A stretch of 64,000 nt of DNA. Source: Octopus sinensis. Its lineage: Eukaryota. The notes under the pieces were generated by a model, which saw nothing but the letters and a program-made list of their open reading frames with translations, had not been told where the DNA came from and ran no database searches. A program made the position numbers and the translations under genes. This document shows positions 1-13,725 of this stretch, one piece after another. Each line of letters begins with the position of its first letter. Positions within the stretch are counted from its first letter, which is position 1. The DNA lies in contig NC_043016.1 in NCBI RefSeq assembly GCF_006345805.1, forward strand, positions 13,764,001 through 13,828,000, given 5' to 3'.

Positions 1-720
1 AGGCAGCTGCTTTTGCTAAAATGCTCCATTTGATAGAAAGATTATGTATCCTTTAGGTGCCAGATATACTTAGATATGATGTAGAATTCTTTCTAGTATT
101 GTTATGGGTCATATAAAGATGCTGCATGAAGTGTGTCTTTAAAGTGTTTTCTGTGAATCTAGTATACAATTTTGCAGTATCTCTATTATTGTGAACTTTT
201 GCTTTGTAGATGATTTCTTTTGGGAGGAATTTATTATCCAGTGGACATTAAGCTCTTACAATTACAATCTTGTGAGGCTAGATTTAAATTAGCATGTGTA
301 GTTTCCTTATTATGATCCAATATTACTGAGGCAGCTTTAACTAACTTTGTTTTATCGAATATTTTGTTATATCCTTGCTTGTTTGGGAAGTGTTTTCTTA
401 TAAGAGTGAGGAAACACCCAGCAATATTGATCAATATACTGGTGCTGCAAGGTGGATTAAACCATATTACTTTCCTGGTTCTGATTTTACTTTTCTTAAT
501 AGGAGCAGTCTCTAAATAGCTTATCTTGTTGGTGAAGTCATGTTTGTTTAATGCATCATTGTAGTATGGGGCACCTCTATTGAATATATCTCTATTAGAA
601 GACTAGTTGGAAATGTATCTACTTATAAGCTGAATGTTAGCTGATGGTGTGAATGGTACTATACTGGCCCAATCAACATTCATCTTGTATTACAATGTGG
701 GGACTTAGAAGGATTGTTAT
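1..720 (-). mobile_element. Decayed Penelope-like retroelement fragment (RT C-terminal/linker region)
   Basis: ORF 234-434(-) NIAGCFLTLIRKHFPNKQGYNKIFDKTKLVK resembles the Penelope 'N(V/I)G..FL.L..KHFP......KIFN...VK.SY' segment; stops and frameshifts around it. Confidence 0.55.
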
Positions 721-1840
721 CTCTCTTAATATTTGTTTAATAGCTATATCATCTCCTGTTCCTTGTTAGTTGCCTTCTAAGGGAGATGTGATGCATTTAC
801 CACAGGTTTAAGGACTACTCTTTCTGTCAATGTTGTTGGTGTGTATATGTGTGTTTGTATGTATGTTTCCTTAACACTTAGAAAATTGGTTAACTGTTTA
901 GCATTTAAGCCGGCCATATTTGGCCTAAATATTCTCCTGTTTTGTGCTCAAAACAAATCTGGTGTTTCCATAATAATGTCACTCCAAAAATAAACAATTG
1001 CATTATCAAAATCTCAAAGCTGTAATATAATGTATAATTAATTTAAAACAATGTGAATGAATAAGTCTCACATCTGACAGAACATTCTGAATATTAAAGG
1101 GTTAAACATGTATCATAAATGTTGGAAGAAGGGGCTGCAACAGCTTTGGTATGAGACAGACAAAGTTTCAAAGTGGGAGTTACAGAAGTTGTAGAAACAC
1201 TAAAATTTGATAAGGAATAGTTGGGGAGGTAAAGAAACAGACACTTTAGGTATTTGTTCAACCAGCTAGCCTTATACATGTGTGTGTGTGTACATGTAAG
1301 AACAAACATACATACGTTATTATACAGAGGACACTCACATAGATATACACATTCATACACATATGCCTAAAAACTTACTCCCCTTTCCCTCACACACACA
1401 AGCATACATGCACACACACACACACAATGTATGAGTGTGTGTAAATACAGATAGTGATTCAAACAGGAAGCAACTAGTTCTGGCTCTTCGTGTTCTGAGT
1501 TGCCAGGAACAGATGGTAGCACTGTCCCATTTATCGGTGAAATAAGCATATCTAATCCATAGTTGGCTCCCTCTTTGTCTGTCAGTCTTGCTCTCTCTCA
1601 CACACACAGAACATGCATGTACACATTACGCACACACACATACACATAAACAAGTACATATACTTACCAAAATACCTGGGGATTAAAGTTATAGTGAATC
1701 AACAGATGCACAGAGATGAAATTGTGTCTGCAGCAACCATTTTCTACCCATGAGAATTTTAGACCAAGCACCACCTGTATGTGCGCATGCACACACACAC
1801 ATATATAAAATTTCTTTTGACATTCAAGGAATTAAAGATT

Positions 1841-2006
1841 GAAGCCACCTTCTTCAGCTGAAGTCCTGTAAATTAATTGATGATATCATTGCTGTTGGTG
1901 TCACATACAAAGCACTCAGTACACTCTGTAAAGTGGCTAGCATGTGTACATACAGATATACATACATATGTATACACACATATATATATATACATATATA
2001 CTTATA
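1841..2006. repeat. 166-bp segment duplicated identically at 5196-5361
   Basis: gaagccaccttcttcagctg...catatatacttata matches base for base in both places by eye, including the microsatellite part. Confidence 0.9.
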
Positions 2007-2379
2007 TGTCAGCAAAAAAATATTTTTCAAAATTCCAAATTTTTATTAGATTCTTTCCTTTTCCTTTTGGTGAAGACACAAGAAGCCATAAGCATTTTAA
2101 TTTTTGAACAATTTTCCAAGAATTTTTGGCAGAATTCTATTTCAAAAACAGATCATGATCTTAAAAATAAGGCAAGGGTTTAAAGTCAGAGATTATGGAT
2201 TAATATTTTAGGGCAAGGTTATGTTTCAGAGTCTAGGGTTCAGGATTTAGGGTTAGAATTAGGGCTTAGGTTTTTAGTGAATACCTTATAATTTTTTATG
2301 AAATCATGATCTGCCATCATTTAAAACAAAAACCCAAAGCAACTTTCTAAAATACAAAAAGTTTATGTGAGTTACTTAC

Positions 2380-2415
2380 TCTGATATTCTGCTTGTTGTT
2401 TGTCCAGAAACTTTA
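2380..2415 (-). CDS. Candidate 36-nt symmetric exon (xKFLDKQQAEYQ or KVSGQTTSRIS)
   Basis: Minus strand reads ...ttacttgaattgtag|TAAAGTTTCTGGACAAACAACAAGCAGAATATCAGA|gtaagt; strong donor, moderate acceptor, length divisible by 3. No homology recognised. Confidence 0.2.
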
Positions 2416-2564
2416 CTACAATTCAAGTAAATGACAATTTAGCTGTGTTCAGCCAGGGCAACGTTAGGTATTTCAGTCAACAAAATGAGTAAACGCTTGA
2501 TTTCTAGCTACGCTTTTTATTTTCCAATAATTGCCTCATTGTTAAACCATTTCTTTTCCTTTAC

Positions 2565-2850
2565 ATCACGTGATCAATGAGACTGCCAGATGTCGTTATA
2601 CATCACTGGTCACAATGTGCTTTGCACTGTTTTAGCCTTCAAATGATATACCATCCTGCTGGCTAGGTGAGCAGGCTAACCTTTCTCCTGTTCAGAAGGT
2701 CAGTCTGCCACAGGGTGACACATTTATAGCTGAGTAGTCTGGAGCAACGTGTAATGAAGTGTTCTGATCAAGATCACAATGCACAGCCAGTTTGGAAATC
2801 AAAACTGCGATTGTGAATGCAGTATGATTAACCACTGGGTCATGCACCTT
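2565..2850 (-). mobile_element. tRNA-derived SINE, family C (decayed)
   Basis: Reverse complement matches the element at 62437-62742 (acaatgcgaagcgcattgtgaccag tail, tRNA-like head). Confidence 0.55.
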
Positions 2851-4040
2851 CTCTCACAAACACACAATATAAAATATTAACAGTGCCTATTTTGGAGTTT
2901 CACCATTAGAACTATCTTCTCAAATCACGTTTAGTGTATTAACTACACAACCCTATTTAACTGGCATACGTACACACACGCCTCCCTGATGTCAACAGTC
3001 AGCTCAGTGTCATACACTCGTACTTATTAATTTTAACGATTTGTGAGAAACTGCAACAGCTTTCGGTCTATTGATCTTGTTAAATGATTGTAAAACAAGA
3101 TCAAGATAAAAAATGTATACAAGACACATGGATGGCTGTGCAGTAAAAGATTGCTTCCCGACCACGTGATTCTGGGTTCAGTTCCACTGTTTGTTACTCT
3201 TGGCATGGGCTGACCAATGTTTAGTAATTTAATAGATGGAAACTGAAAGAACCCGTTGTGTGTGTGTGTGTGTTCATGCACATGTGTGTTGCTTTTCTGT
3301 TAGCATCTAATGCCACGTGAAATTCTCGACCTTTATGTCACTTATGTAACTTTCTACAGATTAAAAATGACTGTGTGTGGGTGTGTCTGTCTCTCACCCT
3401 GTATACACACACACACACACATACGCACACAAACACATCTCTTACCAAACATTATATTACTTAAAAGGATTAACATAATTAAGAATAAGTCATAGAATCA
3501 GCAACAAAAATATTAATTAGGTCTTTGTGGATGGTTGTATCAAGTAATGATTCCAGGAGGCATGTAAATGGTGAAAATGTTTCTTTAGAACTGAAACAGA
3601 CTTACTTTAGAACTGAAACAGACTTAATCCTATAAACTAGTTACCAAATGAAGAATATAATGCACTTCTTGGAGTATTAAATACTTTATTTCATATTTAA
3701 CAAGTGACACAAGAATATATCTATCATTAAATATATACATACACATAGAATAATAGATGAATATGATCCATGGATCCAAGTGTATGAAGTTAGCTTTATA
3801 TGCTAAAACGGGTTTATTAACCCTCTTAAGATATATGCACTTCATCCTATGTTGAAATCACAAAAAATTTTGATTGGCTGAGAGTCACTATACAACTCCT
3901 AGCTTAGCAAGTGAAGTTGCTGATATCTATATATATATACACATATATACGTATATACATGGGCCGAAACAATTGCCATAATAAATAAAGAATAGTGCTA
4001 AATCCATCTTCTGCTTCTTTCATCAATTACATATATGTAT

Positions 4041-4263
4041 ATATAAGAATTTTTTGCATAAGATAAAAAAAAACCAAGGCTGTGTAGATATTAGAGCATT
4101 TATAGAAAAAAGGTCTTACAGCTGTTTCTAGGATATCAATTAATATCCTATTAATTTATTTATTAATATCCTAGAAACAGCTGTAAGACCTTCTATCTAT
4201 AAATGCTCTAATATCTACACAGCCTTGGTTTTTTTTATCTTATTATGCAAAAAATTCTTATAT
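4041..4263. repeat. Near-perfect palindrome (about 97-bp arms) carrying the 3' half of a hammerhead motif
   Basis: atataagaattttttgcata...ctaggatat / atatcctag...tatgcaaaaaattcttatat; GAAACAGCTGTAAGACC at 4174-4190 and its reverse complement at 4112-4128. Confidence 0.85.
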
Positions 4264-4385
4264 GCACACGCTGACATAGAGCCAACGGTGAACCCTTTAT
4301 TCGCAATATTACCGAATCTGGAACTGTCTAAAGCTCTTATTCAGCATTACCTGACACCTTTGGGTCTCAATGACACCATTATCTC

Positions 4386-4450
<65 letters not shown>

Positions 4451-4591
4451 TATATATATTATATACACATACATATATATACATACACATACACACATAT
4501 GGATAAGCATACACACAGACAATATATATATATATTTTCTATTTTCCCTCCCTGTTTATATACATACACACGTTTATGTGTGTGTAAGTGT

Positions 4592-4617
4592 GAGAGAGAG
4601 AGAGAGAGTGTGTATAA

Positions 4618-4696
<79 letters not shown>
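4592..4696. repeat. (GA)n/(GT)n microsatellite
   Basis: Direct reading; source of the RERERE ORFs. Confidence 0.95.
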
Positions 4697-4699
<3 letters not shown>

Positions 4700-5399
4700 C
4701 AATTTCATCTTTTTTGAAGACAGTACAATGTAGGTTGAGAAAATTTGGCTGCTATTTCTAGCAAATTGAGCAGCTGAGTGAGGGCATGTGGCCAAGTGGC
4801 CAGGGTGTTGCACTCATGATCATGAAATTTTTCTCATCATTCCTGGACTGGGTGCTGTGCTGTGTTCTTGAGCAAAACACTTTTATCTTGTGTTGCTCTG
4901 CAGTCTCTTTGACATTTGATGTATGCTACACCATTCAAACCATACAGGCAATGTTGACTTGGTGGAGCAAATGAACTAACATCACAGAACAAACAAATCA
5001 TCTGTGCAGTTTGTTCTGCAAGAAATTACAGTATCATCTTTCTTGTAAGTAACTTAAGTGCATCCACTCCGACACACACACACCACCACCACATTGTCAC
5101 CATCTTCTCTCCTCTCTACTGAGGTAGCCAAGTATCTCCTTCACTGCAAGATGCCTACAAGTTTTTTTTTATTCTACTCACACTCCATCTGGCACGAAGC
5201 CACCTTCTTCAGCTGAAGTCCTGTAAATTAATTGATGATATCATTGCTGTTGGTGTCACATACAAAGCACTCAGTACACTCTGTAAAGTGGCTAGCATGT
5301 GTACATACAGATATACATACATATGTATACACACATATATATATATACATATATACTTATACACATATATACATAGACACACACACACACATATATATA

Positions 5400-5562
5400 T
5401 GCGCAGGAGTGGCTGTGCGGTAAGCAGCTTGCTTACCGAATGCATGGTTCCCGGTTCAGTCCCACTGCATGGCACCATGGGCAAGTGTCTTTTACTAGAG
5501 CCTTGGGCCAATGAAAGCCTTGTGAGTGGATTTGGTAATCAGAAACTGAAAGAAGCCCATCG

Positions 5563-5611
<49 letters not shown>

Positions 5612-5810
5612 CTGCCCCCCGCCCCAACATCGCTTGGTAACTGATGCTGGTGTGTTTATGTCCCCATAACTTAGCACTTTGGCAAAAGTGACCGATTGAA
5701 TAAGTACTAAACTAGCAAAGAATAACTCCTGGGGTCGATTTTCTCAACTAAAAGGCAGTGCTCCAGCATGGCTGCAGTCAAATGATTGAAACAAGTAAAA
5801 GAATACATAC
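5400..5810 (+). mobile_element. tRNA-derived SINE, family A
   Basis: gcgcaggagtggctgtgcggtaag...ggttcagtccc head (A/B-box like), internal (TA)(TG)n, tail ...cagtcaaatgattgaaacaagtaaaaga; many copies in the window. Octopus tRNA-SINEs (OK/OR1/OR2) are known, but I cannot say which family this is. Confidence 0.85.
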
Positions 5811-5814
5811 ATAA

Positions 5815-5847
<33 letters not shown>

Positions 5848-6283
5848 TCTATATACATAAAAGTTTGGTCATATAGAGTTTTATAGAATATGTGGACGAG
5901 AGAGAGAAAAAAAGAAAAAAAATTCTTTTTTATTTCTTATAGATTCTGTCATCTTGTGTGTAGTTCTTTTTGTTGTGTACAGGTCTTTTCACTTTTAATG
6001 GAGTTCTGAGGGAATCAAAGAAGATCTTATGTGTGTATGTGTATGTATGTGCTTTTATGGGAAATTATCTCATTTTTGATTCATTATAGTTCTGATGACG
6101 TCTTAATCTTTCTGGTGATGTCAAAAAATATATTTTTGTTTTGGTATTGGTATTTTGGTTGGAAGTGGGTTTTATGACGTCACTCTCTTTTTATAAAGAA
6201 CTAGTTTTTGCTTTGATCAAGTTCTGTGTTCCGCTGACTTGGTTATTAGTATGTGAGAATACACACCTTCATATACTTTAATA

Positions 6284-6329
<46 letters not shown>

Positions 6330-6674
6330 ATATACATATACACACACACATATATAAATATAAATGTGTATATATATATATATATATACAACACACATGC
6401 AACACAAAAGAATATGGTGATAGCACAATCCAGGCAAATAGTTTTTTAATCATTTTGTCGGGGTAAACAGCATTACATTAACTAGATCAACGACAGATAA
6501 CCGTTGAGAACTATACAGTCCAGCAATTACTTTTGTACTTCTGTTTGATTAGTAAATCCAAGGTTTACTTAGAGTGTACAGCATAGAACACCAAGAAGAA
6601 TGGAGAATTATATTATTTTTACTTGGTAATTTCTAATCCATAATTCACTTTCGTGCATTCTAAATGACTTGACA

Positions 6675-6871
6675 TTACGTAATACAAGCACGTGTTAATT
6701 CTGCACTTGAATTGATCCATAATTTATCGACTACAGTATTACAATGAGCTGGAAAAACCACATTAGGCGGATGAGCTACTGTTGTTTTTCCAGCTCTATT
6801 TATGTAATACTGTAGTCAATTAATTATGGATCAATGTAAGTGCAGAATTAAAACATCAATGTATTACATAA
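6675..6871. mobile_element. Imperfect palindromic MITE-like element
   Basis: ttaattctgcactt...attgatccataat...actacagtattaca...gagctggaaaaac pairs with gtttttccagctc...tgtaatactgtagt...attatggatcaat...aagtgcagaattaa. Confidence 0.65.
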
Positions 6872-7571
6872 CGCTAACCCATCTGAAATGCACATAAAAG
6901 AATTATATATATATATATATATATATAGGGGATTGTTCCCCTGCTCGCAATTTATTGGATGCAGCTCAGCATGTTAACCTGTTAAAGGTGTCCTCTTGGG
7001 GTTAAAAAATTGCAGTAGAGTCCGTTCAAACAGAGAGCCATGTTAAAGTGGCTACGAATATTACTTGTCAGTACAACTACTGCATTAATCTCTTGGAGAG
7101 ATTTTAGAACTAGCATTTTTGTTTGTTGATATATACAAACATATACATATATACACACATATATACATATATATATACACACACACACACATATATATAC
7201 ACATCTTTTATGTGTTTCTCTCATTAGAGAGTGGCCATGCTGGGGTACCACCTTGAAGAATTTAAGAAAATCCTTTAAGGCAGTGCTCCAGCGTGGCTGT
7301 AGTCGAATGACTTGACTCCAGTACTTATTTTTTAAAGCCTCATACTTATTTTATCAGTCTCTTGCTGTTACGGGGACATAAACACACACACACACACAAA
7401 TACATATATAAATATTCACCAATATATATATATATATGACAGCCTTCTTTCAGTTTCTCTTTACCAAATCTACTCACAAGTTTTGGCATGATTTTTATGG
7501 TCAAACACCCTTACTAATGCCAATACAGAGTGAACAGTGCTTTTTATGTGGCACCAGCACTGGTGAGGTCT

Positions 7572-7643
<72 letters not shown>

Positions 7644-7654
7644 AGATATATATA

Positions 7655-7950
7655 CAATCACATTCATGAGGTAGTGAGTTAGATTCCTAGACTGGATGTG
7701 TGTGGTGTTCTTGAGCAAGATACTTTATTTCACGTTACTCCAGTTCACTCAGCTGTAGAAATGAGTCACAATGTCACTGGTGCCAAGCATTATTGGCCTT
7801 TGCCTTTCCCTTGGATGGTATGGAGAGGAGAAGCTAGAAGGCATGGGCGACTGCTGGCTTTCCATAAACAACCTTGCCCAACTTCTGCCTTGGAGGGGAA
7901 CTTCCTAGGTGCAATCCCATGGTCATTCATGACCAAAGGGGGTCTCCCAA
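7655..7950 (+). mobile_element. tRNA-derived SINE-like repeat (family C head, decayed)
   Basis: gtgtgtggtgttcttgagcaagatactttatttcacgttactccagttcactcagctgt motif shared with copies at 4780-4900, 10690-10800, 28480-28775 and 46620-46850. Confidence 0.5.
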
Positions 7951-8094
7951 CATATAGCATTATCATCATATATAAATATATATAATTATATATATATGTA
8001 TATACATATAAAAGACACCCCCACACCAACATATATATATATATATATACACACACATATATACATATGTAGATATGTATATATACATATACAA

Positions 8095-8930
8095 AAAATT
8101 CTGTTTTTGTTTATTATTATCTTATTGGAGAGCATAAAGATTGAAGGCTGTAGTTGAGGAAAAGTTAGCCGACATGGGGAACGAGAAGCCATGTAAATAT
8201 TGGAAAAGAGTTACCTGTATCACGAGGATTCACTCTGAGTATCAAAATGCTGACATCATGACTTTTGCTCAATGCGCTGTGAACACTGTAAAATGTGACA
8301 TAGATCAGCTACAATGAAAACTATGAAGACGTGGCCAACAGGAATGGACATTGCAGGCATTTTAACTGCATCCACAAGCTGGAATTCATCCTCACTTCTT
8401 TGAAGAAGGCCTCAGACTCAATTCAGACAATTATGTGAAGCTGCTGGAACTGATGTCAATCTGTAACTGGAGAGGGTGGGAGCTTGAATGCACCAATCCT
8501 CTCCATGTGCGTGACAGCAGGCTTCATCTCCTTGCCATAACCCCAGAAAGAGTCAGAAGTGGTTGTCAGAGAATGTCTATGACCACCAACCTCAATTTCT
8601 GGCTTCCTATTTCCCTAGTTGTAATCCCATGGATTGCTATATGAGGGGCATAGACCCCCAACTACACTGCTTGCAACACCATAACCAAGCTGGTACTAAC
8701 ATTAAGATTTTTGAAGACCTTCCCAATGAGGAGTGCATGTCCCAGGTTCTGCAGCATTTTGAGGCCGTAGTAGAAGCAGAGGGTGGCTATATTGAGTAAA
8801 TTGTTATCTCCCAGCAATAATCTAGTTGATATTTTAAAAAATATTTTATAATATTATTTTTGGGGTGGGATATTTTGTTTTCGTTTCCTTTTATGCAAAT
8901 TTTTTAATCTGGCTCAAACATCCTCTGTAT
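8095..8930 (+). mobile_element. Decayed Tc1/mariner transposase remnant
   Basis: FWLP.FPSCNPMDCYMRG (a WPP.SPD.NP.D motif) and terminal FEAVVEAEGGYIE*; TIR-like ...aaacatcctctgta near 8930. Confidence 0.7.
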
Positions 8931-10286
8931 ATATACATAAACATACATATTCATATACATAAACACAGAGAACAATATATATATGTACATACATTATGCA
9001 TACATAAATATATATATATACAAATACACACAAACATATATAAATATATATATACATATGTATAAAACTAATAGTACCCCATGAACACTTCATGTTCATT
9101 TTGAAACTTGTAAAATGGAATCGTATATTTTTCAGAACAATTAGAACATTGAGATGATGTAAAATTTCATAAAATAATATAAATGTGCAATCTCAAGGAA
9201 CAGCACCTCAGAAACTTATTAATATTAACATGTCTTCTACATTGTGAGTTTTTCTTTAAAAAAATGAAATAAAATCAAAGACATTAACTATAATATTGTT
9301 TCACTATGTTTTGGTAAAGTCTTAACAAATGTTAAAATATGGTTATTTGAAAAACTATAAAAGCACTTTACCTTTCTCTCGTTAATTTTACATTGTCTGT
9401 TGCCAGACATCTTTTATAAGTTTTGACTGAGCAGACGGACAGTTGATTCACTAAAGCACCAGTGCTAACTGATGACTGTACATAAATATACATATATATA
9501 TATATATATAATAAAATTAAAAACAAAACACTTTTTACTGTTCCATTCAATAAACATATTCTCTCTCTTTCTCATCTTCCCTCTCACTCACTCTCTCCTT
9601 TCACCTCTTTCAAATATACATTTCTCCCGGATTAAATATTCCTTCCTTTCTCTCTACCTCTTCCTTCAATTATATAAACACATGCCGTAATAGGAATCCT
9701 TTCCTTCAAACTCTTACCACTGACCACCTTTAGCTCCCACTCTCTTCTATTTGTCTCCTCTTCCTTCAGCTAACAGCATCATACATTTCCCCCCTCAGTA
9801 TATTAATATACATCTTTCTCTACTTCACACCTCCTCCCTCTCTCTCACTCCACCTCCACTGCACTCTAACTAAAGCATAATGACTGAACGAACTCACAGA
9901 ATTATAATATAGACACATACATATATACATGAGCTTCCTGAAACAGCCGTGGAGTTGAATTGAATTTTTTCTTCCTATTTTTCTATATTTCCTTTGTTCT
10001 ATGTAAAAACTCGTGTGTATGTATCTCACGACTAATTGCATTTATCTGTATTCCTACCTCTTAATACATACACATGTGTGTGAATATATATATACTCTTT
10101 ACTCTTACTTGTTTGTCATTTGACTGTAGCCATGCTGGAGCAAATCGACCCCCAGGACTTATTCCTTGTAAGCCTAGTACTTATTCTATTGGTCTCTTTT
10201 GCCGAATCTCTAAGTTACGGGGACGTAAAAACACCAGCATCAGTTGTCAAGCGATGTTGGGGAGACAAACACAGACACGCAATCAC

Positions 10287-10319
<33 letters not shown>

Positions 10320-10689
10320 TACATACATACACACATACATATAACATATGTATATATATATATTTATAGACACACACACATATACATGTGTATATATATA
10401 TAAATATGTATACACAAAATGGACATTGTCCTATTCACAATACTTGGCATAAGGTACATGTAAGTGTAGCCGAGTGAAACTGCCATGTACCAAGTGGGCC
10501 GAGGGAAAAAGCACATGTATGAGTGGTGATATGAAATCTGGCCACATTGAAGAACAATCAGCTAAAGCAGAATGGCAGGTAAAAATACTAAATGAGGTAG
10601 GTACTTCAGCATGACTGTAGGTGCATGGATGAAACAAGTAGTAGAAAGACAAATAGATATATACATACAGATATACATATACGCTGTTT

Positions 10690-11075
10690 CACCCTTGATC
10701 GGTAGTTTGTGAGTTCAATTCCCACACTGTGCAGCATGTTGTGTTCTTGAGCAAAACACATTATTTCATTTTGCTCTAGTCACCTTTTTTGATCAGGGTG
10801 AAATGTTGGCCTGATTGCCTAGCCAGCTGTGTGGAGACATTCAAAGGCGAAAATGATACATAGCACATTGTGACCAGCGAGGTGTAACAACATCTGATAG
10901 TCAGATTGGTCATATGGACTCACGGAGTGGTTGGCGTTAGGAAGGGCATCCAGCTGTAGAAACATTGCCAGATAAGACTGGAGCCTGGTGCAGCCTTCTG
11001 GCTTCCAGATCCCCGGTCGAACCGTCCAACCCATGCTAGCATGGAGAACGGACGTTAAACGATGATGATGATATA
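10690..11075 (+). mobile_element. SINE-C fragment joined to an RTE-LINE 3'UTR ending in (GAT)n
   Basis: ggaagggcatccagctgtagaaac...gtccaacccatgctagcatggagaacggacgttaaacgatgatgat is the same 3' end as the RTE at 52228-53385. Confidence 0.7.
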
Positions 11076-11101
11076 TACCATACACACAATAATGTGTATT
11101 G

Positions 11102-11146
<45 letters not shown>

Positions 11147-11689
11147 CATACACATTCACACATATTATACATATATATATATATACATACGCATACATAT
11201 ATACATGAGCTTCCTGAAACAATCGTCAAGTTAGGAAATCAACAATTTTCTTTCTATTTTTCTGTATATTTCCTTTGCTTGGCCCTGCACTCTTCAAAAT
11301 AACACCAAAACACATTAAAATAAAAACAGACCCCATAGAGTCAAGAAGTTTTTGGACAAATTCCTTCAAGAAATCTCAGATGACACTGATTTGAATGGCA
11401 TATATATAGCTATATACATACATACATGCATATGTACATATAAATATAGGCACAGACGTGTCTTTGTAGTAAGGAGCTTGCTTCCCAACTAGGATTCCAG
11501 GTTCACTCCTATACCAAGGCATCTTGGCAACACCTGTCATATATATTGATGTAAGAACTTACTATAGTAAAGGATATATATATATATATCTGTACATATA
11601 TCTCTATATATCTATATCTACATGTATGTACATATATGTGTGTGTGTGTGTGTATATACATATCTATAAAAATCAGGCTCTTTAGGAGA

Positions 11690-12025
11690 ATATTACAAAG
11701 CTGTATCCCCTAAAACCTAGGCTTGTGGAAACTAGTTCCGAAGTGCAATGATATTGCTGGGATCTTTGGCACTGTGCAGTGTCGACCTGTTGTGGCATTT
11801 GTGTAGCTTTCAAAGACCAAAATTTGTCACAATGCCTTCCGGAATCTTCCAGTTCTATATTACTGCATACCTCACTCGCCTTCCCTCCAGGGAGTAGAGT
11901 CTTAGCTATTTCAGCCTTTCCCGGTAGCTGAGCTGTTGCAATGAGACAATCTTCTTTGTTAAGCTGCACTGGATTACTTCAAAGTCTGCTGTTAATTTTC
12001 TACTATTGGGTGACCATAGCGGGGT
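11690..12025 (-). mobile_element. CR1/L2-clade LINE RT C-terminal fragment, decayed
   Basis: Minus frame LWSPNSRKLTADFEVIQCSLTKKIVSLQQLSYRERLK*LRLYSLEGRR.RYAVI matches the CR1 'WSP....LE.VQ...TK......SY.ERL..L.LYSLE.RR' motif. Confidence 0.75.
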
Positions 12026-12949
12026 CTATATGTGTATATATATATAGATATACAGATATGTATATATAGATAAATATGTATAGATATATATATATATACA
12101 TACATTTATATGGCACATAAAAACCACCATTCGAGCATGGTCACTGCCAGGTGCAGCCTTCTGGCTTGCCAGCGATCATCCAAGCCATGCCATCATGGAA
12201 AACAGACATTAAAACCGACAATGGTGATGTTGAACACATAAATATATACATACAACACATATATATATATACACACACACATAATATACATACATATATA
12301 CATACATTATAATACATACATACATATATACTACATATATATATACATACATATATATATACATACATATATTATATACTACATATATATATATACATAC
12401 ATATATATATATACATACATATATACATACATATATAATACATACATACATACATACATATATATACATACATACATACATATATATAGATACATATACA
12501 TATATATATTTATATATAAATAACAAATGAAAGACACAAGATGGAATATATGATAATATTTTATTAATCACAGCTATTGTTTCGACACATCTAGCATCAA
12601 CTCCTCTTGTGGGACACAACAACTGGTTCAGGGGTATCCAGTGGTGCAGATGTATCGCATCGTGTGATAAGTAAGTAAACAAACATCGTTAAAATGAACT
12701 GTTCCATAATGCAATATACATAAATATATATATAGTAATAATATAAAATATATCATGATGATGTATATATGCATAGAACAGTGGGAGAAGGTATACATAT
12801 ATAAACATACATTTATATACATATACATATATATAGAGAGATGTACTTGCATAGCGTGTGACATGATCTGGGATCGTGTGCTGGAACGAAAACAATTGCA
12901 GCGTGGAAGGTGTTCACAGGCCATTTAAGAAACACACAAAACCATTAGA

Positions 12950-13112
12950 TTCCCTTCAACATTTAAATTAATTTGTCAAAATATTTTCCTCGCTTTCAGA
13001 CCGCGACCTGTTCACTGACAAAACTTCGTGCTGCATGAAGTTTTGTCATGAACAGGTCGCGGTCTGAAAGCGGGAAAATATTGGACAAATTAAATTTAAA
13101 TGTTGAAGGAAT
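12950..13112. repeat. About 160-bp palindrome (inverted duplication of a hammerhead-bearing repeat)
   Basis: ttcaacatttaaattaatttgtc...gacaaaacttc / gaagttttgtc...gacaaattaaatttaaatgttgaa, centred near 13035. Confidence 0.85.
12972..13022 (-). ncRNA. Type I hammerhead-like motif, G3-C8 core variant (C11.1 mutated to G)
   Basis: Minus: UUUGUCA-GUGAACA-G-GUCGC-ggucugaaa-GCGAG-GAAA-AUAUU-U-UGACAAA. Confidence 0.55.
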
Positions 13113-13444
13113 CATATACATATCATATACACACACACATATATATATACATACATATATGTACACATATATAATATACACACATATATGTACACATATA
13201 TATATATATACACACATATGTACACATATATATACACATATCTATATACACACATATATATACACACATATATACGTACACACATATATACATACACACA
13301 TATATATATACACGTATATATACACATATATATATATACACACATATATATGTACACATATATATACACACATATATGTACACATATATATACATATATA
13401 TATACACATATATATATACACATATATATACATATATACATACA

Positions 13445-13482
<38 letters not shown>

Positions 13483-13483
13483 C

Positions 13484-13529
<46 letters not shown>

Positions 13530-13614
13530 GTACACATATATATATACACATATATATGTACAGATATATATACATATATATGTACACATATATACATACA
13601 TATATATACATACT

Positions 13615-13646
<32 letters not shown>

Positions 13647-13651
13647 CATAC

Positions 13652-13686
<35 letters not shown>

Positions 13687-13690
13687 CTAC

Positions 13691-13725
<35 letters not shown>

